A stretch of 64,000 bases of DNA from an uncultured Candidatus Saccharibacteria bacterium (GCA_964365185.1 CAYIOP010000001.1:112673-176672), one strand, 5' to 3'. Shown: positions 10,942 through 21,069, numbered from the stretch's first letter. Program-made: numbers and translations. The notes: generated by a model from the letters alone, not told the origin.

Positions 10942-10959
10942 TTGTAAAATAATAACATA

Positions 10960-11466
10960 ATGAAATTAAGTCTAAAAATCGCGGCTTTGATTCTTATTAT
11001 AGGAACCATCCTATTTTTTGGTTTAAAATCGCGTTATAATGAAAATTCAATGAACACCCAACTTAACAGCGTCCGGTTTGCTTTTAATGGTTATACGCTT
11101 GAAAAAAATTCCGAGACCGGTTTTTTTGCGGAGGCGCCTGCTAGCTCTGAATCGAAAAGCGCCCAACCGGCAGCTGGTGAGGTGGAAAATACGACGTCGG
11201 TGCTGGGCGCCGTTCAAATAACCTCGGAGGATTTTAACCAGATTTGGACTTTAATTGAGAAAATAAATTGGGATAAATACGCGGATGCTTCTAAAATCGA
11301 GTTCATCTACCCGCCGGACTTGCTTTCTCGGACGATGCTGCAATTTGAAAAAGATGGAGTGGTGGTTGTCTATTGGAATCATGATGGATTCATCAAAGAT
11401 GAAGGGTTACGCCGACCGCTTATTGAGATAACTCTAAAAATTCAGGAAATTGTCCTGAAAAAATAA
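10960..11466 (+). CDS. Hypothetical protein with an N-terminal TM; C-terminal domain paralogous to the next ORF
   Basis: ORF with a TM anchor. Its C-terminal approx. 60 aa resemble the C-terminus of the 11488 ORF (FxxxWxxLxxxNxxK pattern). Confidence 0.5.
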   Translation: MKLSLKIAALILIIGTILFFGLKSRYNENSMNTQLNSVRFAFNGYTLEKNSETGFFAEAPASSESKSAQPAAGEVENTTSVLGAVQITSEDFNQIWTLIEKINWDKYADASKIEFIYPPDLLSRTMLQFEKDGVVVVYWNHDGFIKDEGLRRPLIEITLKIQEIVLKK

Positions 11467-11487
11467 GTTGCGAGGCGTAAAAATAAA

Positions 11488-11988
11488 ATGGGTGACAAAA
11501 TTATTGGGAAAAATATTGCTATCCCTAGAGATTTTGTTTTGGAAATTAAATCTAAAACAACAACTGTCGCGGATAAATCAGATACCTCGACGAAGAATTT
11601 AATTTTAACTAACGAAAGTTATAAGTTAAAAAAGTTGGAAAATGGGGTTCGACTTACTTTTGAAAAAGCCATTCTAAAAAATATCCCTCAAGGCGAGATT
11701 GAGGTGTATGTGGAATCGAAGCCGACTGTACAATTTGAAAAGAATTTAACCGAAGAGCAATTTGCCGAGTTTTGGCAAAAATTACATTCAGTTAATTTCT
11801 TGAATAAAAACTACGGCTCCGATCCTGGTAATTTAAATAGAAGCGTCCATATGAGCTATATTCGTTCGTTAAGTATGAAAATTGATGATGCTGAGGTAAT
11901 AAATTTTTCTTATGGGAGCGACATTACTGAAAATGCTAGGGAGATTTTTAAGTTAATTTGGGAAAATTTGGCGAGTTTAATTAAATAA
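11488..11988 (+). CDS. Hypothetical protein (paralogous domain)
   Basis: 166-aa ORF followed by a hairpin/T-rich terminator at about 11990-12030. Confidence 0.5.
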   Translation: MGDKIIGKNIAIPRDFVLEIKSKTTTVADKSDTSTKNLILTNESYKLKKLENGVRLTFEKAILKNIPQGEIEVYVESKPTVQFEKNLTEEQFAEFWQKLHSVNFLNKNYGSDPGNLNRSVHMSYIRSLSMKIDDAEVINFSYGSDITENAREIFKLIWENLASLIK

Positions 11989-12030
11989 GAAGACGGATTT
12001 TTAGGCCCGTCTTTATAGATTTTGTTTCTA

Positions 12031-12678
12031 TCACGCAACCGCCACAAGCCATTTTTCTAGCACATTTTCTTTTTCATTTCCGTTCGAAATTTTGCCAAGC
12101 GGATAAACCCTGCCTATTTTTTTAAGGAGGAGTTCCATCTTGCTAGCATCATTAAACCTACTTGATATCAGAAGTTGGGCATAAATGATCGGAATCAATG
12201 ATATTGATAAAGAATATGGGCGAAGATGCTTAAGGGCGCAGTTCCGAAAACCTTCGGTGCGACTGAAATAAATAGAAAGCTTAGCGTGGGTTTTCAGAAC
12301 TTTTTCAAGAACGACCGCTTCAGTCATTAGTCGGGTGTCGAATTTTCGCCGAAATAAATACTTTCTGATCAGAACTTGATCGATAATATTTTTTTCGCCG
12401 ACGGTTTTAATAATTGAAACGTGGGGGTTAGATAAAGAGATAAATTCAACGCTGACCTCTCTGCCGATTGCCAGTGTGATGGCCTGCTCGACTCTCGACT
12501 TCACTACATCTTTTTGTGAAGCCAATGTGTAATCCTTACTGTGGGCATCCGAAAAGGCGCTGAATATCTTGACAAATCTCCTATCAATTTCAGGTCGAGA
12601 ATGCTTAAGATCGGGATTAATTTCGACAAGGGTGTTCATGAAACTTTCGAATGCCTGAGATTTTTCCAAAATTCTCAC
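12031..12678 (-). CDS. Hypothetical protein
   Basis: 215-aa ORF with no recognisable motifs. Confidence 0.45.
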   Translation of the reverse strand: MRILEKSQAFESFMNTLVEINPDLKHSRPEIDRRFVKIFSAFSDAHSKDYTLASQKDVVKSRVEQAITLAIGREVSVEFISLSNPHVSIIKTVGEKNIIDQVLIRKYLFRRKFDTRLMTEAVVLEKVLKTHAKLSIYFSRTEGFRNCALKHLRPYSLSISLIPIIYAQLLISSRFNDASKMELLLKKIGRVYPLGKISNGNEKENVLEKWLVAVA

Positions 12679-12765
12679 TTTGATCCTCCGTGATTTTTAA
12701 TTTTCAAGGTGCAAATTGATGTTGATAGAGTATTATTGCTCAATTTAATCACTAGGTCAATAGAT

Positions 12766-13368
12766 TTAGCGAATGAATTTTATTTTTGAATTGATTATTT
12801 TGACCACCTTTGAGGGCTTATTTTGTTTGCGACCACTATCGACATAGAAATCAATTTTAGCGCCGAAATATTTTTTGGCTTCTCGAATTGTTTTGGCGGG
12901 TGGCTCACCCTCAATGTTGGCGCTTGGGGCAACCAGTGGGCCGGTTTTTTTAAGGAAGGCGCGAATTGAAGCGGGTTTTGGAATACGGAAGGCAATGGTC
13001 TTAGTGCCGCGATGTAAATAAGTAAATTTTTTGGATGGGCAAGGAAGGATGATGCTTGTTGGGCCGGGCCAAAAACGAGAAGTTAGAATATAGAATTGAG
13101 AATTAAGGGAAATGCTAAAAAACTTTTTTAGGTCGCTTATGTTGCTAATTAAAACAATTATTGGTTTTTTAGGATTACGACGACGAAGCTTGTAAATTTT
13201 CTCTACTACTTTTGGTTTTAGAGCTGAACCAACTAGGCCATAGATGGTGTCAGTTGGGATAACGCCAATGTCGCCCTTTTTGAGTAGGGCGATGATTTTT
13301 GAGCTAAATCTTTTACTCTCTTCAATTTTTCTTGGCATTCCTTTTTCGAGAAATAAAGAAGTAAGCAT
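12766..13368 (-). CDS. tsaC: L-threonylcarbamoyladenylate synthase (YrdC/Sua5 family)
   Basis: GVIPTDTIYGLVGSAL...KIYKLRRRNPKKPIIVLISN, the YrdC signature. Confidence 0.8.
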   Translation of the reverse strand: MLTSLFLEKGMPRKIEESKRFSSKIIALLKKGDIGVIPTDTIYGLVGSALKPKVVEKIYKLRRRNPKKPIIVLISNISDLKKFFSISLNSQFYILTSRFWPGPTSIILPCPSKKFTYLHRGTKTIAFRIPKPASIRAFLKKTGPLVAPSANIEGEPPAKTIREAKKYFGAKIDFYVDSGRKQNKPSKVVKIINSKIKFIR

Positions 13369-13858
13369 AAACTAGAATTAAAGCGCTGTAATTTATAAGC
13401 ATAAAAGTAGAATGTCCCCAACTAGTTCCATTGATAGTGAAATCCGAGACGGGAAATAAAAATGGAGTGGGAAAGAAATCCTTGGAATGGCTGAAGATGT
13501 CGATTATTATGTGAATTCCCCATCCGGCCATGAGCCAATAGGGTTTTCTACGAATAAGCCAAATTAAACCAAAAACCGCGGCGAAAATTATGAAACTGTG
13601 AGTGAAATTGTAAAGCGTAGAAATATAATCCGGAATGAGATTTGGGTCAGGCGGGCCGCCTTGAAACGGACTTTCTTCTGAAAAGAAAATTACTCGAAAG
13701 ATATTTTGAACAAAGAAAATTCCGAAGGAGAGAAGGTCGGGAGCAATGCCAAATAAAATTCCCAACCAAATATCGCGGCGCGAGCGCTTTTGGTTTTTGA
13801 GGCGAGCGGAACTTTCAAAAATTGCATTGGTCCAGAGACCGTGCGCGAGGATGTCCAT
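13322..13858 (-). CDS. Membrane-bound metal-dependent hydrolase (YdjM/DUF457-like)
   Basis: Polytopic membrane protein starting MDILAHGLW, with His-rich loops (HIIIDIFSHSKD). The YdjM family is SOS-regulated in E. coli (established knowledge). Confidence 0.45.
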   Translation of the reverse strand: MDILAHGLWTNAIFESSARLKNQKRSRRDIWLGILFGIAPDLLSFGIFFVQNIFRVIFFSEESPFQGGPPDPNLIPDYISTLYNFTHSFIIFAAVFGLIWLIRRKPYWLMAGWGIHIIIDIFSHSKDFFPTPFLFPVSDFTINGTSWGHSTFMLINYSALILVYAYFFISRKRNAKKN

Positions 13859-14051
13859 AAGAATTAGGCGTTAAGTTTTTCCTCCGAAAGAGGATCCGCC
13901 TCTGGCGGAAAGCGGGAAAGTGTTAGGGGTTAAGTTTATATTAATAATTGTGGCTCGGCAATTTGGGGGTTGCTTAGATTGACAAGGTAATTAGAATTCT
14001 TTATTCTTTTTATTAGTAAACAAGTGAAAATTTAATAGAACTGGAGGGAAT

Positions 14052-14285
14052 ATGCCGACGGCGGAAATGTGGTTTTGGATTGGTATTTATCTTTGGTGCG
14101 GGCTTGGGATTTTAAGTTTCATACTAATGGCGGTAGTAGAATGTAAGAAGGGGAATGCTCACGATCTTAACGCAGGGGGCTACCTAATGGTTTTTCAAGC
14201 CGCCATAGTATTTGCCCCAGTTTTTATTCAATTTGGCGTAGAAGCTCTTCGGGAATTACGAAATCTTTCTAAGGGCAAGAAGTGA
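14052..14285 (+). CDS. Small membrane protein
   Basis: 77 aa with two TM helices. ATGA overlap with the next ORF. Confidence 0.4.
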   Translation: MPTAEMWFWIGIYLWCGLGILSFILMAVVECKKGNAHDLNAGGYLMVFQAAIVFAPVFIQFGVEALRELRNLSKGKK

Positions 14286-14578
14286 GAGGAATTTTTAGTA
14301 ATTGGGAAGGAGAATTGGCCATGGAGGGATCTTTTCCGTGGGGTCTGGTAATGATAAATTTCGGAGTGGCCCTAGGATTTCTTACTTTAGGGTTGGCTGC
14401 GCCGCTTAAGTACGTGAGAAGTCTTAAAATCATCGTGCCTATTGCGGTGATTGCGCTGGTTCTAATGATTTGGGGAGGATTAAACCTCAAGCCACCAAAA
14501 AAAGAACAGAAGCCGCAAGAAACTGGGGCCTCAAGCAATATCGCTTGGGGCTTTTTTTATTTTCCCCGTAGGAAATAG
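14282..14578 (+). CDS. Small membrane protein
   Basis: 98 aa with three TM helices, translationally coupled to the previous ORF. Confidence 0.4.
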   Translation: MRGIFSNWEGELAMEGSFPWGLVMINFGVALGFLTLGLAAPLKYVRSLKIIVPIAVIALVLMIWGGLNLKPPKKEQKPQETGASSNIAWGFFYFPRRK

Positions 14579-14692
14579 CGAAAAAAATGTAAAATATTTT
14601 TGAACTAAAAAGGAATCTTTGAACAAAAAATTAGAGCTAATTTTTAGAACTGGGGAATAATAAAGACGAAAAATATTTTATTTCCTACGGGG
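14564..14692. repeat. Inverted-repeat element pair of the CCCCGTAGGAAAT...AAAATATTTTTGA family: long arm 14564-14605, short inverted arm 14668-14692
   Basis: Eight copies in the window: 14564-14605, 14668-14692, 21168-21215, 21273-21300, 25636-25683, 38125-38167, 49923-49965, 50028-50056. Confidence 0.7.
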
Positions 14693-14774
14693 TTTACACA
14701 ACATTCTCACATTCTTCCGCCTTCGTCCCACTTAGCGGGACTACGGTCGGACAAGTCAGAATATTAGAATGCGC

Positions 14775-15236
14775 TTACATCGTTGGTTTTTTGTAGAAAT
14801 CCGGGTCAATGACGCGGTCAAAGCAGGTTCGGCCGGCAGTATGTTGCCAATTGTCGCTCCCTGTGGGGATTGGTTTCTCGTAGACCATTGGACGAGCAAC
14901 ATTGTCTAAATTTGGTCCGGGGCCAGAGGTGGAAAAAATGGCGCAGAGGGTAAATTCCAGTTCCGCTTTGACCAGATATTCATATTCGGCTCCGGTTTCC
15001 GGATCAACCGGAATAATCACGCCTCGAGTGGAATCAATTAAGTCAGCCAATTTTTCCGGTAGCTGACCCTTGGCTTGCCAATAAGTGATAATCTGCCACT
15101 CAATATTTTGTAAATCCGAGATTCGGAGATCATCTAATTTTCTTAGCCGCTCTTCCTGCGGCGTGCCGAGAATGAAAAATCCGGCGATAATAGCGGCGGC
15201 GACAATGGCAATGATTAGATAAGTGAAATAGCGCAT
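14775..15236 (-). CDS. Hypothetical TM-anchored protein
   Basis: 153-aa ORF with an N-terminal TM helix. Confidence 0.5.
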   Translation of the reverse strand: MRYFTYLIIAIVAAAIIAGFFILGTPQEERLRKLDDLRISDLQNIEWQIITYWQAKGQLPEKLADLIDSTRGVIIPVDPETGAEYEYLVKAELEFTLCAIFSTSGPGPNLDNVARPMVYEKPIPTGSDNWQHTAGRTCFDRVIDPDFYKKPTM

Positions 15237-15266
15237 GTGAATTTCTAATTGTTCTAATTAACCTAA

Positions 15267-15857
15267 TTATTCTATTTCGACTTTGTGTTTTTTAATATCA
15301 GTGAGGTAATAACCAAAAACCGAACTAGCCACAAAGCCGACAGTTAAGACCTTAAGGATAAAACGCAAAGTGAGTTCGCCTTCCAAAAAACTTTTAACCA
15401 GGACAACCAAGTCCACGATGATGATAATGGCGGCCACAAAAAGCGTAAAATAAAGCAACCATTTTCTGATTTTTAAATTAAGTTTCTCTGGATTTTTTAT
15501 ATAGTCCTTATTTAGATACCAATTGAGCCAGACATAAATCGGAAAGATGACGAGCAACGTGGCAAGGGCGCCCCGGCCGAAACCGCGAGCGCGATCAAAA
15601 ACATAGGGGTCATTTAATATGTCTGGCAAAAAGATATTGATATATTGGAAAATTAGAGTGATGAAAGAAATGGCGCTCGCGTAGAGCGTGACAATGCTCA
15701 AAAGCTGGATAAAAAAATCTTTGGGGGAGGTTTTGATTTTGACGAGTTGGTTATCCATTACTTTGAATCTAACATAATAATTTGGCAAAAGCAATAAAAA
15801 ATGGCCTCCAAGTGGGGGCCAAAGTTTTTGTAGGGAGTGGACGGATATGTCAGGCAA
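15267..15857 (-). CDS. Hypothetical polytopic membrane protein
   Basis: 196-aa ORF with four TM helices. The start may be the internal Met at about 15761. Confidence 0.45.
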   Translation of the reverse strand: MPDISVHSLQKLWPPLGGHFLLLLPNYYVRFKVMDNQLVKIKTSPKDFFIQLLSIVTLYASAISFITLIFQYINIFLPDILNDPYVFDRARGFGRGALATLLVIFPIYVWLNWYLNKDYIKNPEKLNLKIRKWLLYFTLFVAAIIIIVDLVVLVKSFLEGELTLRFILKVLTVGFVASSVFGYYLTDIKKHKVEIE

Positions 15858-16205
15858 GGACGTAGGACCTGACCAACAGTGTTTGATGACGCTGACTACT
15901 ACTGTCGTCCACTTGCCCTACTTTGTGAAAAAGGAGCCAGGACTAAGATTAGAGCTAAGAAGGGGGGACAAACTCAACTCCGTGTTTCCCAATCCTGGCT
16001 TTTTGCTTGTCTCTTAGGCAAGTTGTTGCCTAAGTATAACGACGTAATCTGGACCATCACAAACATCGTGGTGGCTAGATACGAAAACATCCGTGTTTTC
16101 ATCTTTGATCTCCTATATCAAAAGCTGAGTATATTATAGGCGGTGATTATTATTTTGTCAACTCCAAGTCATGAAGTATATAACATGTAGCATGAAACAT
16201 TTAAT

Positions 16206-17516
16206 TCATAGAATTTTGCCACGAAGTCGGCGGTGGTAGGCAATGGCAAATCTGTGGGCTTCGTCACGGATTTGGATAAGGGTTTTGGGTTCAATGCCAG
16301 CTGGCATTTTGCCGATAAGTTCGTTTTTCTTGCGCTCTGGGCCTTTAGCTAAACCAATGACCGGCATAAATAAGTTAAGTTTGTTTAGAACTGATTTGGC
16401 CGCGTTTACCTGTCCCCTACCACCGTCGATTAAAATTAAATCTGGGTGCGGCCAGTTGTTTTTAAAACGGCGAGTTAAAATTTCTTTAATCATAGCAGTG
16501 TCATCTTGACCTTGAACCGCTCGAATTTTGAATTTGCGATATTCGTTTTTATCGGGCCGAAAAGTGTTTCCTCCAAAGGCGGATCCTCCTTTGGAGGAAA
16601 AAACCACCATTCCACCCACTGCGGCGGTGCCGGAAATTTGAGAGATGTCGTACCCCTCAATACGTTGTTTAGGGTTTAGCCAATAGCCACTAGGGTTTAG
16701 GGAATTATTCTCCTTGATGAGGGCGATGTCGTTGATGTGCTTGAGGCCAAAGATTTGGCGGCGGATTTTTTCTGCTTTTTCAAATTCCAGCTTTTCGCTT
16801 AGTTGTTTCATCTCTGCCTCAAGGTTGCGAATAACTCTGGATTTTTTGCCGGCTAGAAAAAGTTTGAGGTTATGAATGATTTTTTTATATTCAGTTTCAC
16901 TTATCGCGTCCACGCAGACACCCGGGCAATTACCAATTTGAAAATCAAAGCAGGGACGGCTGACGCCTACATGATGTGAATCTGCTAATCTATGCAAATG
17001 CCGCAAATTGCGAATAGTTCGTTTTTTTAATTCTTCTTCGGAGTGAGTGTTCCATGGGAAAATTTGGCGAATGAGTTTTAATGATTCACGGACATCTCGG
17101 GCAGAGAGAAAGGGACCGTAGATTTGGCTGTATTTCCCTTTTTCCCCGGCAATGTCTTTGCCACGAGTTAGAACGAGGCGGGGAAATTTTTCTCCGCCTT
17201 TGGCGGAGGTAATCGCAAAATATATGAAACTTCGGTCGTCTTTTTCTAAGACATTGTAGAGCGGCTGATGTTTTTTGATGAGCTCTGATTCTAAAATCAG
17301 CGCCTCAAGCGCGGTGTCAGCTTTTTTGAAATCAATTTTTTTGACTTGAGAAATGAGTTTTTCAATTCGGTAGTCGTGGCTTTTCTGAAAATAACTTGAA
17401 ACGCGGCGCTTTAGATTGCCGGCTTTGCCGATATAGAGAATTTTCCCGTTCGTGTTTTTCATCAAGTAAACGCCGGGAGTGTCGGGAAGTTTTTGGTAGA
17501 GAGTGGTTTTAGTCAT
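16206..17516 (-). CDS. uvrC: Excinuclease ABC subunit C. Short form of 436 aa with no C-terminal (HhH)2 domain
   Basis: GIY-YIG N-domain (YLMKNTNGKILYIGKAGNLKRRVSSYF), a Cys-rich UvrBC region, and an RNaseH-like endonuclease domain ending IRDEAHRFAIAYHRRLR. Confidence 0.85.
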   Translation of the reverse strand: MTKTTLYQKLPDTPGVYLMKNTNGKILYIGKAGNLKRRVSSYFQKSHDYRIEKLISQVKKIDFKKADTALEALILESELIKKHQPLYNVLEKDDRSFIYFAITSAKGGEKFPRLVLTRGKDIAGEKGKYSQIYGPFLSARDVRESLKLIRQIFPWNTHSEEELKKRTIRNLRHLHRLADSHHVGVSRPCFDFQIGNCPGVCVDAISETEYKKIIHNLKLFLAGKKSRVIRNLEAEMKQLSEKLEFEKAEKIRRQIFGLKHINDIALIKENNSLNPSGYWLNPKQRIEGYDISQISGTAAVGGMVVFSSKGGSAFGGNTFRPDKNEYRKFKIRAVQGQDDTAMIKEILTRRFKNNWPHPDLILIDGGRGQVNAAKSVLNKLNLFMPVIGLAKGPERKKNELIGKMPAGIEPKTLIQIRDEAHRFAIAYHRRLRGKIL

Positions 17517-17521
17517 CGCTC

Positions 17522-17551
17522 TTTACAATAATAGATAAAATTCGCTATAAT
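17522..17551 (+). promoter_or_regulatory. Sigma70-like promoter for the 17589 ORF
   Basis: TTTACA, 18-nt spacer, TATAAT, with an AAGGAGAG SD ahead of the ATG. Confidence 0.5.
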
Positions 17552-17588
17552 GACAAATAGTAAATTTAGTTAACAATAAGGAGAGTTT

Positions 17589-17846
17589 ATGCATCTTGGA
17601 GAAATAGAAGTGATCATGGTTCCAATTCATGGATTAATGGCTGTTTACGCTCAATCAGGAGTAAGGGCAACTATCGAAGAGGAATCAGAGGCACTACGAA
17701 TTTTTGCTGGATCAGGAAAACCAATAGCGCCCCGAGGTGATGCATTGAACGGAGCGTTGAAAGAATTCTGGCGAAATCGCCCTCCGAAACCAGTAAATCA
17801 GGATGAGCTTCAGATTTTCTTGCGTGGGAATAGCCCTTCTCACTGA
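17589..17846 (+). CDS. Hypothetical protein
   Basis: 85-aa ORF with promoter, SD, and the bidirectional terminator at 17866-17900 (GAAAACCGTTTCAG...CTGAAACGGTTTTTT). Confidence 0.5.
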   Translation: MHLGEIEVIMVPIHGLMAVYAQSGVRATIEEESEALRIFAGSGKPIAPRGDALNGALKEFWRNRPPKPVNQDELQIFLRGNSPSH

Positions 17847-17917
17847 CTCAACTATGGCGAGAATCGAAAACCGTTTCAGCAATTACTGAAACGGTTTTTT
17901 CATACTCGAAGTAGTAT

Positions 17918-18127
17918 TTATGTATGAGCTTCCGGGCTTTTCATGCAGCAATCCTTAACCATCTTGCCAGATCCGCAGGAACACATTTCATTTTCGATTT
18001 CGGCGGCTTTATCTTTACCACAGCAGGCGTAAAACATTTTTCCCGAACCACAGGGACAGGCGTTCATCAGAACGCTCATTTTTTGTTTAACTGTTTCTTG
18101 ATCCATATTTTTAAATTGTCCCGCCAA
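17918..18127 (-). CDS. SEC-C motif (YecA-like) small metal-binding protein
   Basis: Two CPCGSGK..CCGK-type SEC-C motifs in 69 aa. Confidence 0.55.
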   Translation of the reverse strand: MAGQFKNMDQETVKQKMSVLMNACPCGSGKMFYACCGKDKAAEIENEMCSCGSGKMVKDCCMKSPEAHT

Positions 18128-18214
18128 GGCGGGATTTGTTCATATATTGTTCGCGACCTTTTTGAGTAAACCGGAGTTCTAATTTAACACGTTTTCTTAA
18201 TTATAACAAATTCT

Positions 18215-20746
18215 TTAGCGGAGAACCTTGCGGAGATATTGCCCTGTGAAACTACCGGCTTTGCGGGCAATTTCTTCGGGGGTGCCCACTGCCACGATTT
18301 TGCCGCCAGCCACTCCCCCTTCGGGCCCTAAATCAATTACCCAGTCCGCGGTTTTGATGACATCTAAATTATGTTCAATAATTAAAACGGTATTGCCTCT
18401 ATCAACCAACTTTTCTAAAACCTTAAGCAGATTTTCGACATCGGCAAAATGCAGGCCAGTGGTGGGTTCGTCGAGTAGATAAAGTGTTTTTCTAGTGTCG
18501 CGTTTGCCGAGTTCGGCTCCGAGTTTGATTCTTTGGGCTTCGCCACCAGAAAGCGTAGTCGAAGATTGGCCGAGTTCAAGATAACCCAAACCAACTTCTT
18601 CTAAAATTTTTAACTTGTCATGCAGATGGGGAATTTCTTCAAAAAACTTGGTGGCTTCCTCGATGGTCATTTTAAGGATATCGTGGATACTTTTGTTTTT
18701 ATATTCAACTTCTAGTGTCTCCCGATCAAATCTTTTGCCTTTGCAAATGTCGCACTGGACATAAACCGTGGGCAGGAAATGCATTTCGATAGCGATGGTG
18801 CCATGGCCTTCGCAGTTTTCACAGCGGCCGCCGGGCCGGTTAAAACTGAAGCGGCCAATTTTGTATCCGCGAAAGCGCGCTTCTTCGGTTGAAGCAAAAA
18901 GTTCGCGGATAAAAGTCCAGGCACCAACATAAGTGGCGGGATTAGAGCGCGGCGTGCGGCCAATGGCGGATTGGTCAATATTAATTAGACGATTCAGATA
19001 TTCATTGCCCATCACATTTTTACAGCCAAAATCCCGATAATGAGTGCCGCCATAGCGGCCGGAGAGAGCTTTAAAAATTACGTCATACATGAGCGAGCTT
19101 TTGCCCGAACCAGAAACACCGGTAATGCAAGTCATCCGGCTAAGCGGAATATCCACATCTAGATTTTGAAGATTGTTGGCAAAGGCACCGCGGATTTTTA
19201 AGGCGGGTTTGTCTTTGGAAATCTGGCGCCTTTCTTCCGGAACTTCAATAAATTTTTTGCCGCCGAGGTAGTCCAGAGTTAGTGATTCTTTATTTAAAGA
19301 GCGGCTCTTGGGAGATAAAATTTCCGGAATCGGACCTTGAGCAATAATTCGGCCGCCGTGTATGCCCGCGCCTGGGCCAATGTCAACCAGATAGTCGGAC
19401 TCGCGGATGGTTTCTTCGTCGTGTTCAACCACAATAATGGTGTTACCCAAATCCCTTAATTCGTGGAGAGTTTGGATAAGTTTGGCGTTGTCACGTTGAT
19501 GTAGGCCGATTGTGGGTTCATCTAGAATATATAAAGTGCCGACTAGTCGTGAGCCAATTTGCGAGGCGAGGCGAATGCGCTGGGACTCGCCGCCAGAGAG
19601 CGTGCCGGCTTTTCTGTCTAAAGTGAGATATTCGAGGCCAACGTCAATCATGAACTCCAATCGATTACGGATTTCTTTTAACGGAACTTGGGCGACTTCC
19701 AGGAATTTTTTATCTTTAATAGTTTCGAGGGTGCCGATAAAATCATAAGCATCAGCAATGGAAAGATTAGTGACGTTGAAAATATTTTTATTTTTGAGAG
19801 TCACGCTTAGGGCTTCTTCTTTGAGACGTTTGCCAAGACACTTGGGACAGGGTTTATCGCTCCAGACGCTTTCGGTGCCTAAGCCGTGGCATTCCTCACA
19901 AGCGCCATAAGGACTATTAAACGAGAATAGTCGTGGCTCGATTTCCGGAAAGGAAAAACCATCATTGGGGCAGGCGAATTTTGAAGATAAGTGAGTTTCG
20001 GTTTTACCATGGAGAATAGTGACTAGATCGTGGCCGTGTTTTAGAGCTGATTCAACCGCTTCGGCGATGCGCAAGCGATTATCTTTATTTCTTAAATCAA
20101 GAGTAGTCGGAATCCGATCAATTACTAATTCGATAGTGTGTTGTTGGTAGCGGCTAAGTTCAATGCGATTTTTTAAGGATTGAAATTTGCCGTCCAAGCG
20201 GACTTCGCGAAAACCGGTATTTAGAAAATCGTAGAGAAGTTGGTAGTACTCGCCTTTTCGGCCCCGCACTATAGGGGCGAGAATAATTAACTCTTTATCA
20301 TTTTTTGATGACTTAGCGATTTCAGTAACGGCATCAACAATTTGTTCGGTGGTTAATTTTTTAATTTCGTGGCCACACTTGGGACAAAAAGGTTTGCCCA
20401 CGCGCGCAAAAAGAACCCTTAGATAATCGTAGATTTCAGTGATGGTGGCCACAGTTGAGCGAGGATTGCTGGAATGGCTTTTCTGGTCAATTGAAATGGC
20501 TGGAGAGAGACCTTCGATTTCATCCACATCGGGCTTGTCTAAGCGGCCCAAAAATTGGCGAGCATAGGCCGAGAGAGATTCGATGTAGCGGCGCTGGCCT
20601 TCGGCGAAAATCGTGTCAAAAGCCAAACTGGATTTGCCGGAACCAGAGAGTCCGGTAAAGACAATCATTTTGTCGCGCGGAAGCTCGAGGTTAATGTTCT
20701 TAAGATTATGCTCGCGAGCGCCTTTGATAATGATTTTGTCTTTCAT
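18215..20746 (-). CDS. uvrA: Excinuclease ABC subunit A (843 aa; insertion domain absent)
   Basis: Two ABC ATPase modules ([15 protein letters not shown].., [15 protein letters not shown]..), zinc fingers, and the UvrB-binding region. The roughly 110-aa insertion domain between the Zn-finger cysteines is missing: [11 protein letters not shown]...CPKCLGKR are adjacent. Confidence 0.9.
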   Translation of the reverse strand: MKDKIIIKGAREHNLKNINLELPRDKMIVFTGLSGSGKSSLAFDTIFAEGQRRYIESLSAYARQFLGRLDKPDVDEIEGLSPAISIDQKSHSSNPRSTVATITEIYDYLRVLFARVGKPFCPKCGHEIKKLTTEQIVDAVTEIAKSSKNDKELIILAPIVRGRKGEYYQLLYDFLNTGFREVRLDGKFQSLKNRIELSRYQQHTIELVIDRIPTTLDLRNKDNRLRIAEAVESALKHGHDLVTILHGKTETHLSSKFACPNDGFSFPEIEPRLFSFNSPYGACEECHGLGTESVWSDKPCPKCLGKRLKEEALSVTLKNKNIFNVTNLSIADAYDFIGTLETIKDKKFLEVAQVPLKEIRNRLEFMIDVGLEYLTLDRKAGTLSGGESQRIRLASQIGSRLVGTLYILDEPTIGLHQRDNAKLIQTLHELRDLGNTIIVVEHDEETIRESDYLVDIGPGAGIHGGRIIAQGPIPEILSPKSRSLNKESLTLDYLGGKKFIEVPEERRQISKDKPALKIRGAFANNLQNLDVDIPLSRMTCITGVSGSGKSSLMYDVIFKALSGRYGGTHYRDFGCKNVMGNEYLNRLINIDQSAIGRTPRSNPATYVGAWTFIRELFASTEEARFRGYKIGRFSFNRPGGRCENCEGHGTIAIEMHFLPTVYVQCDICKGKRFDRETLEVEYKNKSIHDILKMTIEEATKFFEEIPHLHDKLKILEEVGLGYLELGQSSTTLSGGEAQRIKLGAELGKRDTRKTLYLLDEPTTGLHFADVENLLKVLEKLVDRGNTVLIIEHNLDVIKTADWVIDLGPEGGVAGGKIVAVGTPEEIARKAGSFTGQYLRKVLR

Positions 20747-20797
20747 AAAAATGTAATGCTAATCTACAAATTTCATCCGAATGCTGCGAATGATTGC

Positions 20798-20827
20798 GTC
20801 CTCCGAAGGAGGATCCTCCTTTGGAGG
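20798..20827. repeat. 30-nt GGAGG double-hairpin palindrome TCCTCCGAAGGAGGA+TCCTCCTTTGGAGGA, upstream of uvrA
   Basis: Two adjacent 6-bp-stem hairpins that are mutually complementary. Family members at 13880-13909, 16569-16598, 23530-23559 and 42136-42165. Confidence 0.7.
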
Positions 20828-20913
20828 AAATGTTGCGAATTTATTTGGATTTGACATTTTTAGGGTTGTGGTGTATGCTTTGAGTAGTTAATTAAATTAA
20901 GTTTGGAGGAGCT

Positions 20914-21069
20914 ATGAAAGTTTTGGCAGTATTACTGGGACTCGGGATGCTAGTATTCGGAATTTTGGTAATGGCCTTCGGTAAGCCCGAAGAAGGTCTA
21001 TGTGGCTTTTTCTTTATCTGCGGAGCCATTATTTATTTTCGCGAGCTCTCGGTTATGAGATCAATATAA
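20914..21069 (+). CDS. Small membrane peptide (51 aa)
   Basis: GGAGGAG SD 6 nt before the ATG, two TM helices. Terminator at 21096-21130 (CCAGTGA...TCACTGG followed by T7). Confidence 0.35.
   Translation: MKVLAVLLGLGMLVFGILVMAFGKPEEGLCGFFFICGAIIYFRELSVMRSI

Noticed and set aside
10942-11009. Longest-ORF start of the FAD oxidase gene (MVPIIRIK...)
   Set aside because: The extension is hydrophobic junk that overlaps the start of the divergent 10960 gene. The Met at 10941 (MLKEEVKKFF) is the more plausible start.
15879-16139. 86-aa ORF in the gap after uvrC
   Set aside because: Low-complexity translation and no RBS. It overlaps strong RNA hairpins, so the region is more likely non-coding (see finding).
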